A DNA stretch of 64,000 nucleotides from Lachnospiraceae bacterium (GCA_051879195.1 JBJELO010000208.1:20007-84006); one strand, 5' to 3'; positions 8,906 through 20,300 are shown, counted from the first letter of the stretch. Notes: generated from the letters alone by a model not told the origin. Program-made: numbers and translations.

Positions 8906-9904
8906 ATGGATGAACATCGGGTGAGAATCAGTGATATCGCAGAGGAGCTGGGACTGAGTACCGCAACGGTATCCAATGTGCTCCACGGGAAGACGAATAA
9001 GGTTTCGGACCGGACCGTACAGAAGGTACAGGCGCTTCTGGAGGAGCGGCAGTATATTCCCAGTATGGCCGGGATTCTTCTGGCCCAGAATTCTTCCAGA
9101 ATCATCGGCGTGGTGGTGAACGATCACGAGAAATACGAGGGCCGGGCTCTGGAGGACGTGTTTATTTCCGCTTCCCTGAACAGCCTGTCCACGGAGATTG
9201 AGGAAAACGGTCAGTTCATGATGGTGAAAAAAACGAAGGATGTGGCGGATATCATCCGTTTTGCATCCATGTGGAATCTGGACGGGCTGGTTCTCATCGG
9301 ATTCTGCGAGCAGGACTACATGTATCTGAGGAATCATATGCGGATTCCGTTTGTGATTTACGACGGATACTGCAGCAGTACCGAGCGGATCTGCAACATT
9401 ACCATTGATAATTACGACGGCGGTTTTCAGGTGGGAGCCTTTTTCCGGAAACGCGGTTATCGGAACGTGCTCTGCATATCCGATAATGATATCTGTATGG
9501 ACAAAGAGCGTCATGACGGCTTCTGCGCGGGTTTCGGACCGGGGCAGGCAGATTTTATGATGGTGCCCATGCAGAAGGAAAAACGGATGGCGTTTTACAG
9601 AGAGCATCTGGATACAATCCGGGCGTATCCGGGAATTTTTGCGGTATCTGATTTTTATGCCGTGGAACTGATGCGTTTTCTGATGGGACATGGCATCCGT
9701 ATTCCGGAGGATATTTCCATAGTTGGATTTGATGATACGCGCATGTGCGAGATGGTGTCACCTACGCTGACATCTGTCCGTCAGGATGTGTTTCTGCGAG
9801 CCAGGATTGCCGTAAAGAAGCTTCAGGAACTGAATGAGAAAAAAGAAACGGAGACGGAGGTCCGTCTTCCGGTGAAACTGATGGAACGGGAAAGCACCGG
9901 CTGA
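8906..9904 (+). CDS. LacI-family transcriptional regulator
   Basis: ISDIAEELGLSTATVSNVLH HTH; DISIVGFDD, PTLTSVRQ. Confidence 0.92.
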   Translation: MDEHRVRISDIAEELGLSTATVSNVLHGKTNKVSDRTVQKVQALLEERQYIPSMAGILLAQNSSRIIGVVVNDHEKYEGRALEDVFISASLNSLSTEIEENGQFMMVKKTKDVADIIRFASMWNLDGLVLIGFCEQDYMYLRNHMRIPFVIYDGYCSSTERICNITIDNYDGGFQVGAFFRKRGYRNVLCISDNDICMDKERHDGFCAGFGPGQADFMMVPMQKEKRMAFYREHLDTIRAYPGIFAVSDFYAVELMRFLMGHGIRIPEDISIVGFDDTRMCEMVSPTLTSVRQDVFLRARIAVKKLQELNEKKETETEVRLPVKLMERESTG

Positions 9905-9932
9905 AAAGGAAAAAGCAGATGAAAAGCTAAAA

Positions 9933-9971
9933 AAGAGGGAGATTTGTGATTTTTCACAAATTTCCCTCTTT
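9933..9971. terminator. Intrinsic terminator hairpin
   Basis: AAGAGGGAGATTTGTGA...TCACAAATTTCCCTCTT with A/T-rich flanks. Confidence 0.7.
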
Positions 9972-9982
9972 ATATTTGTTTC

Positions 9983-10029
9983 AGGTTACGCGTTTAACCT
10001 TTGAAATTGCAGCGGTTTAAGAATACAAT
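9983..10029 (+). promoter_or_regulatory. LacI-type operator abutting the sigma-A promoter of the MATE gene
   Basis: AGGTTACGCGTTTAACCT (central CG dyad) then TTGAAA-17bp-TACAAT. Confidence 0.6.
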
Positions 10030-10074
10030 AGTGCTGTACGAACAATGTGATGTACATACAGCAAGGAGGAGAAA

Positions 10075-11415
10075 ATGATGGAACAGAAATTTTTCCGGAC
10101 CGTGTGCAATCTGGCTGTGCCGGTTGCTTTGCAGTCCATGCTTCAGGCTTCCTTCAGCATTATTGATCAGGTCATGATCGGGCAGCTGGGAAGCGTCAGT
10201 GTGGCAGGCGTAGGACTTGCCGGCAAATTTTCTTCAATTTTCAATGTGGTTGTATCGGCAATCGGAGCGGTGGCCGGTATTATGATTTCCCAGTATATGG
10301 GACAGAAAAATGACAGGGAGATTTCCAGAAGCTTTTTCGTAAATCTGGGAGCGGCTGTGGGGCTGGCTGTTCTGTTTACACTGGCATCCCTGTTGCTGCC
10401 GGAACAGATTCTGGGACTTTATACGACGGATCGTGCCACCGTACAGACGGGGGCAGGTTATCTGTTTCTTCTGGGAGGGATGTTTCTGCCTGCGGCCTGC
10501 GCTACGATGCTGTCCGCCATGCTGCGGTGCATGGAAAAGGCTTCCCTGCCGCTGTACGCCAGTATTGTGGCGGCTGTGCTGAATACCGCGCTGAATTACG
10601 TGCTGATTTTCGGACATTTCGGTTTCAGCGCCATGGGAGCTGACGGAGCAGCTGCTGCAACGGTGATTTCACAGCTGGCCAATTGTCTGATCATGCTGGT
10701 CATGATGCTGCGTTACAGAAGTGTTTTCCAGGAAGGAAAAGGGCAGAAAGGCAGTCGTTCCGGTTTTCAGTGGAAACAGTATGCAGCCATGCTGCTGCCG
10801 GTTCTGATCTGCGAGTTTATGTGGTCTCTCGGGGAAAATGTATATACCGGAATCTACGGTCATCTGGGGACAGCGGCCACGGCGGCCATGACTCTGAGCA
10901 ATCCGGTGCAGGGGCTGCTGATCGGGGCGCTCTGCGGTCTGTCTCAGGCAGCGGCTGTTATCATAGGCAAAAAGCTGGGCAACGCAGAATACGAGGAAGC
11001 GTATCAGGCAGCGAAAAAACTGCTGTTTTACGGTTTTGTGGGATCGATGATACTCTCGGCCTGCATTATTTTATCATCGCCTTTGTACGTAACGGTTTAT
11101 CAGGTGGAAGACAATGTCAGGATGCTTACCCGGTATATTCTGATTGCCTATGCGGTCATTGCCCCCTTCAAGGTGCAGAATATGATTCTTGGCGGCGGGG
11201 TGCTGCGCAGCGGCGGAAAAACGGAATATGTTATGTTCGTTGATCTGATCGGTACCTGGATATTCGGTGTACCGCTGGGGATGCTTTCTGCATTTGTATT
11301 CAAACTGCCGGTGCACTGGGTGTATTTTATCCTGTCCCTGGAGGAATGTGTCCGCTTCGGAATATCCGTAGTCATATTCCGAAAACGAAGGTGGATGCAG
11401 AAGCTGAAAAGCTGA
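10075..11415 (+). CDS. MATE-family efflux transporter
   Basis: ~12 TM, DQVMIGQLG, NYVLIFGHFG...GADGAAAAT. Confidence 0.9.
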   Translation: MMEQKFFRTVCNLAVPVALQSMLQASFSIIDQVMIGQLGSVSVAGVGLAGKFSSIFNVVVSAIGAVAGIMISQYMGQKNDREISRSFFVNLGAAVGLAVLFTLASLLLPEQILGLYTTDRATVQTGAGYLFLLGGMFLPAACATMLSAMLRCMEKASLPLYASIVAAVLNTALNYVLIFGHFGFSAMGADGAAAATVISQLANCLIMLVMMLRYRSVFQEGKGQKGSRSGFQWKQYAAMLLPVLICEFMWSLGENVYTGIYGHLGTAATAAMTLSNPVQGLLIGALCGLSQAAAVIIGKKLGNAEYEEAYQAAKKLLFYGFVGSMILSACIILSSPLYVTVYQVEDNVRMLTRYILIAYAVIAPFKVQNMILGGGVLRSGGKTEYVMFVDLIGTWIFGVPLGMLSAFVFKLPVHWVYFILSLEECVRFGISVVIFRKRRWMQKLKS

Positions 11416-11492
11416 GTGGTTTGCAGTGATCTGTATTGTTTTTGTCCTGAACAAACTGTATAATATGTGTAAGCTCAGGAAGGAGAAAACAG

Positions 11493-13076
11493 ATGCCGAA
11501 AAAATTTAATATCACAGGAACCTGTATCCCGGAAAAAAATTACATGGTTGATATGAATGGAAGAATTGATGAAACTATTACTTCGTATATCAAAGAAGGG
11601 AAGTATTTTACTATCAACAGGGCAAGACAGTACGGCAAAACAACAATGTTGTATTTGCTGGAAGAGCGGATGAAATCGCAGTATATTGTACTGAGTCTGA
11701 GTTTTGAAGCAGCGGACGATTATTTCAATTCGTTATATAATCTGGCAGAAGGTCTGGTGATGGATATCAGTGATGCACTGGCAATACAGGGCATTTCGCA
11801 GGATATTATCAGTACCTGGAATGAATCTGTATCAGAACGTTTCCCTATGCGGTCTTTAGGCAATAAGATATCTGAACTCTGCAGAAATTGTGATAAAGAT
11901 ATTGTTCTGATGATCGACGAAGTTGATCAGAGTTCGGATAATCAGATATTTTTGACTTTTCTGGGACTTTTAAGATCGAAATATCTTCGTCAGAGACAGG
12001 GAAAAGATACTACATTTAAATCGGTGATACTTGCCGGAGTGTACGATATAAAAAACCTTAAGTTGAAACTGCGTCCCGGAGAAGAATCCAAATATAACAG
12101 TCCATGGAATATTGCAGCAGATTTTTCTGTTGATATGTGCTTTTATCCAGAGGACATTGCGTCCATGCTCCGGGAATACGAACAGGATTATCATACTGAG
12201 ATGGATATTCCATTGATCAGTCAACAGATTTATGATTATACTTCCGGATATCCGTATCTGGTATCAAGAATCTGTCAGCTGATGGATGAGAAATTGCCGG
12301 GAAAAATCGAATTTCCTGATAGAAAAGCTGCATGGACACGTGAAGGTGTTGTGGCTGCAGAATTACTTCTTCGAAAGGAATCCAATACACTGTTTGATGA
12401 TATGGTCAAAAAATTGAGCGATTACCCTCTGCTGAAAGAGATGATCCAGAATATTTTATTCACGGGATATTCCTATCCGTTTGATAAAGAAAATCAGCTT
12501 ATTAATCTGGGATACACATTTGGATTTCTGAAAGATAAAGATGGCACGGTAGTATTGTCAAATCGAATCTTTGAAACGCGTATGTATGATTTGTTCATTT
12601 CGGAAATGGCTGTTGATAATGCGATGTATCAGGTTGGAGCATCAGACAGAAATCAATTTGTAATATCCGGAAAACTTCAGATGGATCAGGTTATGAGAAA
12701 ATTTTTTGAGTATTTTACGGAAATATATCGTGATAGTGATGAGAAATTTATTGAAGATCAGGGAAGAAAACTTTTTCTTCTGTATTTAAAGCCGATTATT
12801 AATGGGAGTGGCAATTATTATGTTGAAGCTCAGACCAGAGATCTGAAGAGAACTGACATTATTGTTGATTATCATGGAGTACAATATGTTATTGAGTTGA
12901 AAATATGGCATGGTGATGAATATAACAGACGCGGTGAAAATCAGTTGTTTGAGTATCTTGAGTATTATAAGCAGGATACAGGATATATGTTGAGTTTCAA
13001 TTTTAATAAAAGGAAACATACAGGAATTCGGGAACTGGTTAAAAATGGTAAACGAATTATGGAAATAGTGGTTTAA
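11493..13076 (+). CDS. AAA-like ATPase with C-terminal PD-(D/E)XK nuclease-like domain
   Basis: Walker A RARQYGKTT, Walker B LMIDEVD, C-terminal E...RTDIIVD...IELK; AT-richer than neighbours. Confidence 0.85.
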   Translation: MPKKFNITGTCIPEKNYMVDMNGRIDETITSYIKEGKYFTINRARQYGKTTMLYLLEERMKSQYIVLSLSFEAADDYFNSLYNLAEGLVMDISDALAIQGISQDIISTWNESVSERFPMRSLGNKISELCRNCDKDIVLMIDEVDQSSDNQIFLTFLGLLRSKYLRQRQGKDTTFKSVILAGVYDIKNLKLKLRPGEESKYNSPWNIAADFSVDMCFYPEDIASMLREYEQDYHTEMDIPLISQQIYDYTSGYPYLVSRICQLMDEKLPGKIEFPDRKAAWTREGVVAAELLLRKESNTLFDDMVKKLSDYPLLKEMIQNILFTGYSYPFDKENQLINLGYTFGFLKDKDGTVVLSNRIFETRMYDLFISEMAVDNAMYQVGASDRNQFVISGKLQMDQVMRKFFEYFTEIYRDSDEKFIEDQGRKLFLLYLKPIINGSGNYYVEAQTRDLKRTDIIVDYHGVQYVIELKIWHGDEYNRRGENQLFEYLEYYKQDTGYMLSFNFNKRKHTGIRELVKNGKRIMEIVV

Positions 13077-13080
13077 AACA

Positions 13081-13120
13081 GCCCCCTGCTGTCTGGAAAA
13101 TCCAGCAGACAGCAGGGGGC
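13081..13120. terminator. Hairpin between convergent genes (probable bidirectional terminator)
   Basis: GCCCCCTGCTGTCTG / CAGACAGCAGGGGGC perfect 15-bp stem. Confidence 0.7.
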
Positions 13121-13172
13121 ACTGTTATTTCATTTTCAGATAAAATCGTATCCGCAGCTGCAGATTGCCGTA

Positions 13173-14036
13173 TTACTGAAGCTTCTTGCCTGTCAGCATC
13201 TCGTAGCTCTGCAGATATTTGTCGATGGTTTTTTCTACGATTTCGTCGGGCAGAGTCCAGTTGTTGTCCGGGTTGGCTTTCAGCCAGTCGCGGGCAAACT
13301 GCTTGTCAAAGGAGGGCTGACCGTGGCCGGGTTCATATCCGTCAGCAGGCCAGAAACGGGAGCTGTCGGGTGTGAGCATCTCGTCACCGATCACGATATT
13401 GCCGTTCTCATCAAGACCGAATTCAAATTTGGTATCTGCGATAATGATACCGCGGCTCAGTGCGTAATCGGCACATTTTTTATAAAGAGCGATTGTGCAG
13501 TCGCGAAGCTTTGCAGCATATTCCTCACCTTTACCGGGGAAATATTTTTCCAGATGAGTGATGCTCTGCTCATAGGAAATATTCTCATCGTGGTCGCCGA
13601 TCTCTGCTTTTGTGGAAGGTGTATAGATCGGTTCGGGCAGTTTGTCGGATTCCTTCAGACCTTCAGGAAGTCTGATGCCGCATACAGTACCGTCTTTCTG
13701 ATAGCTCGCCCAGCCGCTGCCGGTGATGTAGCCGCGGACGATACACTCGATGGGAAGCATGTTCAGCTTTTTGCACATCATGCTGTTCCCGTCAAACTGA
13801 GGCTGCTGGAAAAATTCGGGCATATCCTTCACATCTGTGGAAATCATGTGATTGGGAAGGATATCCTGTGTCAGGTCAAACCAGAATCTGGACATCTGAG
13901 TCAGAACCGTTCCCTTTTTTGTAACAGTATTATTCAGAATTACGTCAAAACAGCTGATGCGGTCAGTTGCAACCATGATCAGACTGTCACCATTATCATA
14001 GATCTCGCGTACTTTACCTTCTTTGATCGGTTTCAT
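13173..14036 (-). CDS. purC: SAICAR synthase
   Basis: EGKVREIY, ECIVRGYITGSG, ADTKFEFG, TPDSSRFW, SFDKQ. Confidence 0.96.
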   Translation of the reverse strand: MKPIKEGKVREIYDNGDSLIMVATDRISCFDVILNNTVTKKGTVLTQMSRFWFDLTQDILPNHMISTDVKDMPEFFQQPQFDGNSMMCKKLNMLPIECIVRGYITGSGWASYQKDGTVCGIRLPEGLKESDKLPEPIYTPSTKAEIGDHDENISYEQSITHLEKYFPGKGEEYAAKLRDCTIALYKKCADYALSRGIIIADTKFEFGLDENGNIVIGDEMLTPDSSRFWPADGYEPGHGQPSFDKQFARDWLKANPDNNWTLPDEIVEKTIDKYLQSYEMLTGKKLQ

Positions 14037-14305
14037 TCTTGCACCTCGCTATAGTATGTATGTTTATATGTGTTAAACAATCTGCAGCGGGCCGTACAGG
14101 CTTCTTTCGTCCGCGGACTGCTGCAACAACGTTTATCATACCACAGATGAAAATGCAAAGCCAGTTCTTTTTAAGAGATATTTTCCTGGGAATCCGGCGA
14201 TTTTTTATGAGGTATACACAATGCGGCTGCCGGGTGTATGATGGAATCAGAGAAAATACCGGGACAAACCGGAAAAATAATTAAGCAGCATATAAAAACA
14301 TTGTA

Positions 14306-14326
14306 AACCTATTGACAAAGTAGGTT
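14306..14326 (+). promoter_or_regulatory. AACCTA-N9-TAGGTT operator straddling a TTGACA -35
   Basis: AACCTA TTGACAAAG TAGGTT; -10 TATGAT downstream. Confidence 0.5.
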
Positions 14327-14472
14327 ATGAATGGTATGATTTCCACATCTACAGCGGGGAAAGAAAGTAAGTAATGCAAAAAAAAGTGTGATTTTGTCTG
14401 GTTATAATTGAAGAAGAAAAGAACAGATATAAATATCAGCAGTCAGCAGATCGGAAGAGGTGAACAGAAAAG

Positions 14473-15105
14473 ATGAGACAGATTTTGTGTTTTGGAGATT
14501 CCAATACCTGGGGACTGGTTGCCGGTACCATGAAGAGGCATCCCTGGAGTGAAAGGTGGACAGGGATTCTTCAGGAGAGACTGGTGAATCAGGATATTCG
14601 GATTGTAGAAGAAGGGCTTTGCGGGAGAACAACAGTATTTGAAGATGAAAGAAGAGGCGGCCGCCGGGGAGCGGATGTCTTTCCTGTGCTGCTGGAAACA
14701 CATGCGCCTGATCTGACTGTTATCATGCTGGGGACCAATGACTGCAAGGCGGCCTACGGGGCTACAGCGGATGAAATCGGACAGGGAATCGAGCTTTTAC
14801 TGGATCAGCTTGACAGATACGCGCCGGAAAGCAGGACACTTCTGGTGTCTCCGATCCATCTTGGCAATCAGGTGTGGAAGGATGAATATGATCCGGAGTT
14901 TAATTCGGAATCGGTAAAAACATCAAGGGAGCTGAAACGGGTGTACGGAAAGATCGCCGGGAAACACCGGATAGAATTTATGGCGGCTTCCGATTATGCA
15001 CGGCCAAGTGATGCCGATATGGAACATCTGGATAAAAACGGACATCTGGCGCTGGCAGATGCCATGTACCGGAAGATTGCCGGGATGCTGCAGGTGGCAG
15101 GATGA
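14473..15105 (+). CDS. SGNH/GDSL-family hydrolase
   Basis: FGDSNTWG, EGLCGRT, MLGTND, DxxH. Confidence 0.9.
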   Translation: MRQILCFGDSNTWGLVAGTMKRHPWSERWTGILQERLVNQDIRIVEEGLCGRTTVFEDERRGGRRGADVFPVLLETHAPDLTVIMLGTNDCKAAYGATADEIGQGIELLLDQLDRYAPESRTLLVSPIHLGNQVWKDEYDPEFNSESVKTSRELKRVYGKIAGKHRIEFMAASDYARPSDADMEHLDKNGHLALADAMYRKIAGMLQVAG

Positions 15106-15800
15106 AAAAAGAAATTCTGCTCAGATCCTTCACAGCATCCCTGCCTATTATGTGCAGTTATCTGTTTGTCAGCATGGCATATGGAATTATGATGGAAGAA
15201 GCGGGATTTGGCTGGTATTATTCTTTGCTGATCAGCATGACGGTTTATACGGGAGCTTTTCAGTTTGTACTGATTACGTTTCTCAGCAGCGGTGCTTCCC
15301 TGCTGACCATCGGCCTGACGGCGCTCCTTATGAACAGCAGACAGACCTTTTACAGCCTGTCATTTATCGATACTTTCAAAAAGATGGGCAGAAAGAAACT
15401 TTACATGATTCATACCATGACGGATGAAACCTATGCGGTCAACTGCTCCCTGAATATGGAGGAGCATGACAAAGAGGAAGTGATGTTTCATGTAGCTCTC
15501 TTCAGCAGATGCTACTGGATGATCGGTGCAGTGGCGGGCGGCATTATGGGACAGATCATTCCTTTTGAACTGGAAGGAATCGATTTCTGCATGACTGCCC
15601 TGTTTGTCATTATCTTTATCGATCAATGGGAAAAAACGGAGAATCACAAGCCGGCACTGACCGGCCTGGGAGCGGGAATCATCTGCCGTCTTCTGTTTGA
15701 CAAAAACAGTTTTATGCTTCCCGCCCTGCTTCTCACATCCGGCCTGCTGCTGGCACAGCAGAAAAGAAAGCGGGAAACCGCGGTGAGCGGGGAGGTATAG
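15102..15800 (+). CDS. azlC: AzlC-family branched-chain amino acid/methionine exporter, large subunit
   Basis: YTGAFQF, NSRQTFY, MTDETYA, GIDFCMTALF. Confidence 0.88.
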   Translation: MKKEILLRSFTASLPIMCSYLFVSMAYGIMMEEAGFGWYYSLLISMTVYTGAFQFVLITFLSSGASLLTIGLTALLMNSRQTFYSLSFIDTFKKMGRKKLYMIHTMTDETYAVNCSLNMEEHDKEEVMFHVALFSRCYWMIGAVAGGIMGQIIPFELEGIDFCMTALFVIIFIDQWEKTENHKPALTGLGAGIICRLLFDKNSFMLPALLLTSGLLLAQQKRKRETAVSGEV

Positions 15801-15805
15801 AATCC

Positions 15806-16129
15806 ATGAGTCGTGAAATGATTTTTCTGGCTGTTTTTATATCTGCAGCCTGTACATTTTTTCTGCGTGCACTGCCGTTTCTGGCTTTTCATGGAGAAAA
15901 ACGAATCCCGGAATCGCTGGAACAGCTGGGGCTGGTACTGCCTGCAGCGATCATGGCAGTACTGATCGTATACTGTCTGAAGGATATCGGAGATGATTTT
16001 CCACACATATTTGTGCCGCGGATCTTGTCCGTGGCGGTGGTGGCGGGCAGTTATAAATGGAAACATAATACGATGGCAAGCATACTGCTGGGGACACTGT
16101 GCCATATGGCTCTGCTGAGAATTTTGTAG
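15806..16129 (+). CDS. azlD: AzlD-family exporter, small subunit
   Basis: TFFLRALPF, LPAAIMAVLIVYCL, SILLGT; adjacent to azlC. Confidence 0.88.
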   Translation: MSREMIFLAVFISAACTFFLRALPFLAFHGEKRIPESLEQLGLVLPAAIMAVLIVYCLKDIGDDFPHIFVPRILSVAVVAGSYKWKHNTMASILLGTLCHMALLRIL

Positions 16130-16214
16130 TTACTGTTCAGAGCCAGTCTGGAAAACACTGCGTGTTTCCTCGGTGCGGCGCATCTGCCAAATAGATTCAG
16201 GCAATAACAGCAAT
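16129..16214. repeat. Near-complete ~85 bp REP/MITE-like element
   Basis: Starts GTTACTGTTCAGAGCCA, internal GAAAACAC..GTGTTTCC hairpin, decayed right end; reverse complement aligns with 58771-58853. Confidence 0.7.
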
Positions 16215-16336
16215 ATACTGTAGTAAATTAGTCCAGAAAGTTTCGTGCAAAATATTGCAATATAATGTAAAATGAGTTATAATATCTGTGCAATTTCATT
16301 ATGGATGCAATGATAAAAGAAGGAGGATGAGCGTCT

Positions 16337-16492
16337 ATGAAGTATGTATGTGAAGTTTGCGGATGGGAATATGATGAAGAACAGGGATATCCCGAAGGCG
16401 GTATCGCTCCCGGTACAAAGTGGGAAGATGTTCCTGAAGATTTTGAGTGTCCCGATTGCGGCGTAGGTAAAGATCAGTTCGAAACTGCATAA
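16337..16492 (+). CDS. Rubredoxin (51 aa; absent from the ORF track)
   Basis: [51 protein letters not shown]; AGGAGG RBS. Confidence 0.96.
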   Translation: MKYVCEVCGWEYDEEQGYPEGGIAPGTKWEDVPEDFECPDCGVGKDQFETA

Positions 16493-16539
16493 TTGCCCGG
16501 AATGCCGGAAGACTGGATTTGAAATAAGTGAATATAGTG

Positions 16540-16588
16540 AAAGAGACCTGCCGTACGCGTAATCGACACGCTGCGGCAGGTCTTTTTG
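16540..16588. terminator. Terminator between convergent genes
   Basis: AGACCTGCCG...CGGCAGGTCT followed by a T run. Confidence 0.65.
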
Positions 16589-17034
16589 TCACCGGATTTC
16601 GTAAGGCTGGAAAATCCGTCGGAAAAGAAAGGATTCCACGTAGGTAAATGCAGAAAAGCCGATTACACATCCCAGAATCAGTACGAAAAAAGCAGTATAA
16701 ACTGAGTACATGCACAGAAAGAGAACAGGGATATTCAGCAGGACCAGAAGAAAAAAGGAGCGGTACTGCGTTACGATCATAAAAGTCCGCCTGCCGGAAT
16801 AAAGACGAGAAATGCAGCAGTTGCCTGCAGAAAGTTTTCGCGAAACGCATGAACATAGTTTTTACTGATATAGGATTCTTCGTCATGTACAACTTTCATG
16901 CTGACGGAAAAGAGTGCCGTCAGCGAAGCACCGATCGTGATGATTGGAAGCGAAGTCAGCAGAAAAAGAAAATTCAATACCAGAAGATCCATCAGTCTGG
17001 AAAGCACATCCATGATTTTAAATTCCTGAGTCAT
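16589..17034 (-). pseudogene. YesL/DUF624-like membrane protein, split and shortened
   Basis: LVLNFLFLLTSLPIITIGASLTALF...FRENFLQAT in the 85-aa ORF; C-terminal ...RRIFQPYE in a second frame; middle TMs appear missing. Confidence 0.7.
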
Positions 17035-17263
17035 AATGAAAAACCACCTTTCTTTATATTAAATAGTCCCGGTGCAGAACGGGCTTTTAACTATTATATC
17101 CGATATGAGATGGAAATGCAATTATAACCGGTTAAAAAATAAAATAATTTTACTTACAAACAGTTTACATCAATAAACGTGAAAACTGAAAAATACAAAA
17201 AAATATAGAATATATGCATAAAAAACAGGCGTTAATTTTAAACAAAACCACAAAAATTATATG

Positions 17264-17319
17264 TTTTAGTAAAAATATGTAAGTAAAATATTGACATTTA
17301 CTAATAAAAAATGTATTCT
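17264..17319 (+). promoter_or_regulatory. Sigma-A promoter with TTTAGTAAAA/TTTACTAA half-sites (LacR/EbgR-type operator)
   Basis: TTGACA(17291)-17bp-TGTATTCT; TTTTAGTAAAA upstream and TTTACTAA in the spacer. Confidence 0.55.
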
Positions 17320-17349
17320 TATACCAGAAAAACATTGAGGAGGGTAATA

Positions 17350-20300
17350 GTGAAAAGGGTAAAAAAACGCTGGGAAAATGAAGAGCTTCTTCAGATAGGA
17401 CGGCGGGAAGTTCATACCGATTTCAGCAGAGCCGGAGCGGACGGTTTCAGACTTTCTTTGAATGGAAGCTGGAAGTTTCTGTATCTGAAAGCGCCGGAGT
17501 ATTCACCGGAAGGATTCTGTGAAGAAGAGTTTGCCGATGCGTGCTGGGATGATCTGGAGGTTCCTTCCTGCTGGCAGCTGAAAGGTTATGGGTATCTGCA
17601 TTATACCGATGTATGGTATCTGTTTCCCATTCATCCCCCGTTTGTGCCGTCGGAAAATCCCACCGGAATTTACCGGAGGACAGTGACAGTGCCGGAGACA
17701 TGGACGGGAAGACGGAATATCCTTCGGTTTGACGGAGTCAGCAGCGCTTATGATGTCTGGGTGAACGGTATCCATGCCGGGTACAGCAAAGTCAGCCGCC
17801 TGTCGGCGGAATTTGACATCACAAAGCTGCTTCGTACCGGGGACAATCAGATCACGGTGCGGGTTTACCAGTGGTCCGACGGAACCTATCTGGAATGTCA
17901 GGACATGTGGTGGTACAGCGGCATTTTCCGTGATGTGACGCTGATCAGCGAACCGGAATGCGGTGTAATCGATTATGTGACAGAGGCATCTCTGGATGAC
18001 ACATATAGAAATGGTATTCTGGAACAGCAGGTGGAAGCATCGAAGGAAGCGGACTGTATTGCATGGGAACTGAGGAATGTGGAGGGAAACGTGCTGCACG
18101 CCGGAACAGAGGAACTGACGGAAGGGAAAGTGTCGATCCGGACGGAGGTCGGACCGGTTCAGCCCTGGAGTGCCGAGATCCCCTGTCTGTACGAGCTGAA
18201 ACTGAACCTGCTGAAGCAGGGGGAAGTGATGGATTGTGTCTCGGTTCGCACCGGCTTCAGAAAGATTGAAGTAAAAGGTGAGAATTTTACGGTTAATGGA
18301 AAGGCAATTCTGCTGAACGGCGTGAATCTGCATGATTTCAGCCCCACAGGAGGAGCCTGCGTGGATCCCGGCGTGGTAGAAGAAGATCTGCGGATGATGA
18401 AGCAGCATAACATCAATGCCATCCGCTGTTCCCACTATCCGAAGATGCCGTATTTCTATGAGCTCTGTGACCGTTACGGGTTCTATGTAATTGACGAGGC
18501 AGATCTGGAGACCCATGGGTTTGAATGGATTCAGAAATACGAATGGCTGAATGATGAGCCTTCCTGGAAAGCAGCCTACTGCGACCGCAGTACACGTATG
18601 GTGAAGGAACACAGAAATCACCCCTGTATTCTCATGTGGTCTCTGGGGAATGAATCTTCTACCGGAGCGAATTTTACAGCGTCTGCAGAGGCCATCCGCA
18701 GTCTCGATTCTTCCCGGCTGATTCATTACGAAAGCGATTATGGGGCGGAGATTACCGATGTCTATTCAACTATGTACACGCGTCTGGATGGGATGAAACG
18801 CATCGGGGAGAGCAATGACTGCCACGGAAAACCGCATATTCTGTGTGAATACGGACATGCCATGGGGAACGGACCGGGCAATCTGGAAGAATATCAGGAG
18901 CTGTTCCATACTTACAAAAGACTGCAGGGCGGATTCATCTGGGAATGGTACGACCATGGGATTCAGGCAAAAGATGAGCGGGGGCATATCACCTGGCGTT
19001 ACGGCGGCGATTTCGGTGATCAGCCCAACAATTCCAATTTCTGCATGGACGGCCTGATGCGGCCGGATCGGGTACCTTCCACGGGACTGGTCCATTACAA
19101 GCAGGTCATTGCACCGGTTAAAGCGGAAGCAGTGGATCTGAAGGAAGGAAAAATCCGGCTCAGAAATCTGAATTATTTCCGCTCTCTTGAGGATGTATCT
19201 CTTCGCTATCAGATCATGCATGATGACTGTGTCGATCTGGAGGGAATCACAGAGCATCTGGAGATCGGACCGCAGGAGGAACAGATCGTGACTCTGCCCC
19301 ATACGCCGGAGACGGTACTTGCAGGCACCGATTACTATCTGAATCTGACTTTTGTGTACAATCGGGATATGGACTTTGCACCCTGCGGACATGAAATTGC
19401 AAAAGCGCAGTTTCTGCTTCCTGTGTACAGGGAAATGATAAAAGAAGTTCCGAAAACGGCAGAATATGCTGGAAAAATGGTTGGCAGAATCGCGTTAAAC
19501 GAGACAAATGTCCGGGCGGAAATTACCGGAGAAACGTTCCGGGTGGTATTTGACCGGGTGACCGGACAGCTTCTGACTTACGAAAAAGACGGAAAAATGC
19601 GGATCGTAAGCGGACCGGTACTGAATCTGAGAAGAGCCACCATAGACAACGACATGTATAAGGTGGGAGACTGGCACGGTAAATATTTCCTGCAGAAGCA
19701 GCAGGAGCAGTTGGAGGCATTCCGGGCGGAGATGATTGAAGCAGACGGGGAAACGTATGCCCGGGTTTCTGTGGATACGCATTTTTCACCGCTTTCCATG
19801 GCATTTGGCTTCAAAGGACACTACGTATATCGGATTTACGCAGATGGAACGATGGAACTGGATCTGAACATGAACGGTTTCAAATACAGCAGCTTCGTGC
19901 CGGAATTCATTCCCAGAATCGGAATTGAGATGAAGCTTCCCGGGGAAATGCGCCGGGTTGCCTGGTACGGTCTGGGACCGGAAGAAAATTACTGCGACAT
20001 GAAATCAGCTTCTGTCATGGGCGTTTACCGCAGCGATGTGGACGGTATGCATGTGGAATACGCCATGCCTCAGGAAAACGGCCACCGTGGGCAGGTTAAA
20101 TGGCTGGCAGTGGGTGATGAACAGGAAAGCCTGCTGATCTGTGCCGGTGGGGAAGTGGAAATCGATGTTCATGATTATACCATCGATGCACTGGAGAAAG
20201 CAAAGCATGTGGGCGAGATCAGACGGTGTCCGGAAACCATCGTCCACATTGATGCAAAACATTCCGGCCTGGGAACCAATGCCTGCGGAGAAGAGCAGAC

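Noticed and set aside
14045-14135. Hairpin in the purC leader as a purine or ZTP riboswitch
   Set aside because: No purine-riboswitch core (TTTCTAC, CCGTAA) or pfl consensus is seen.
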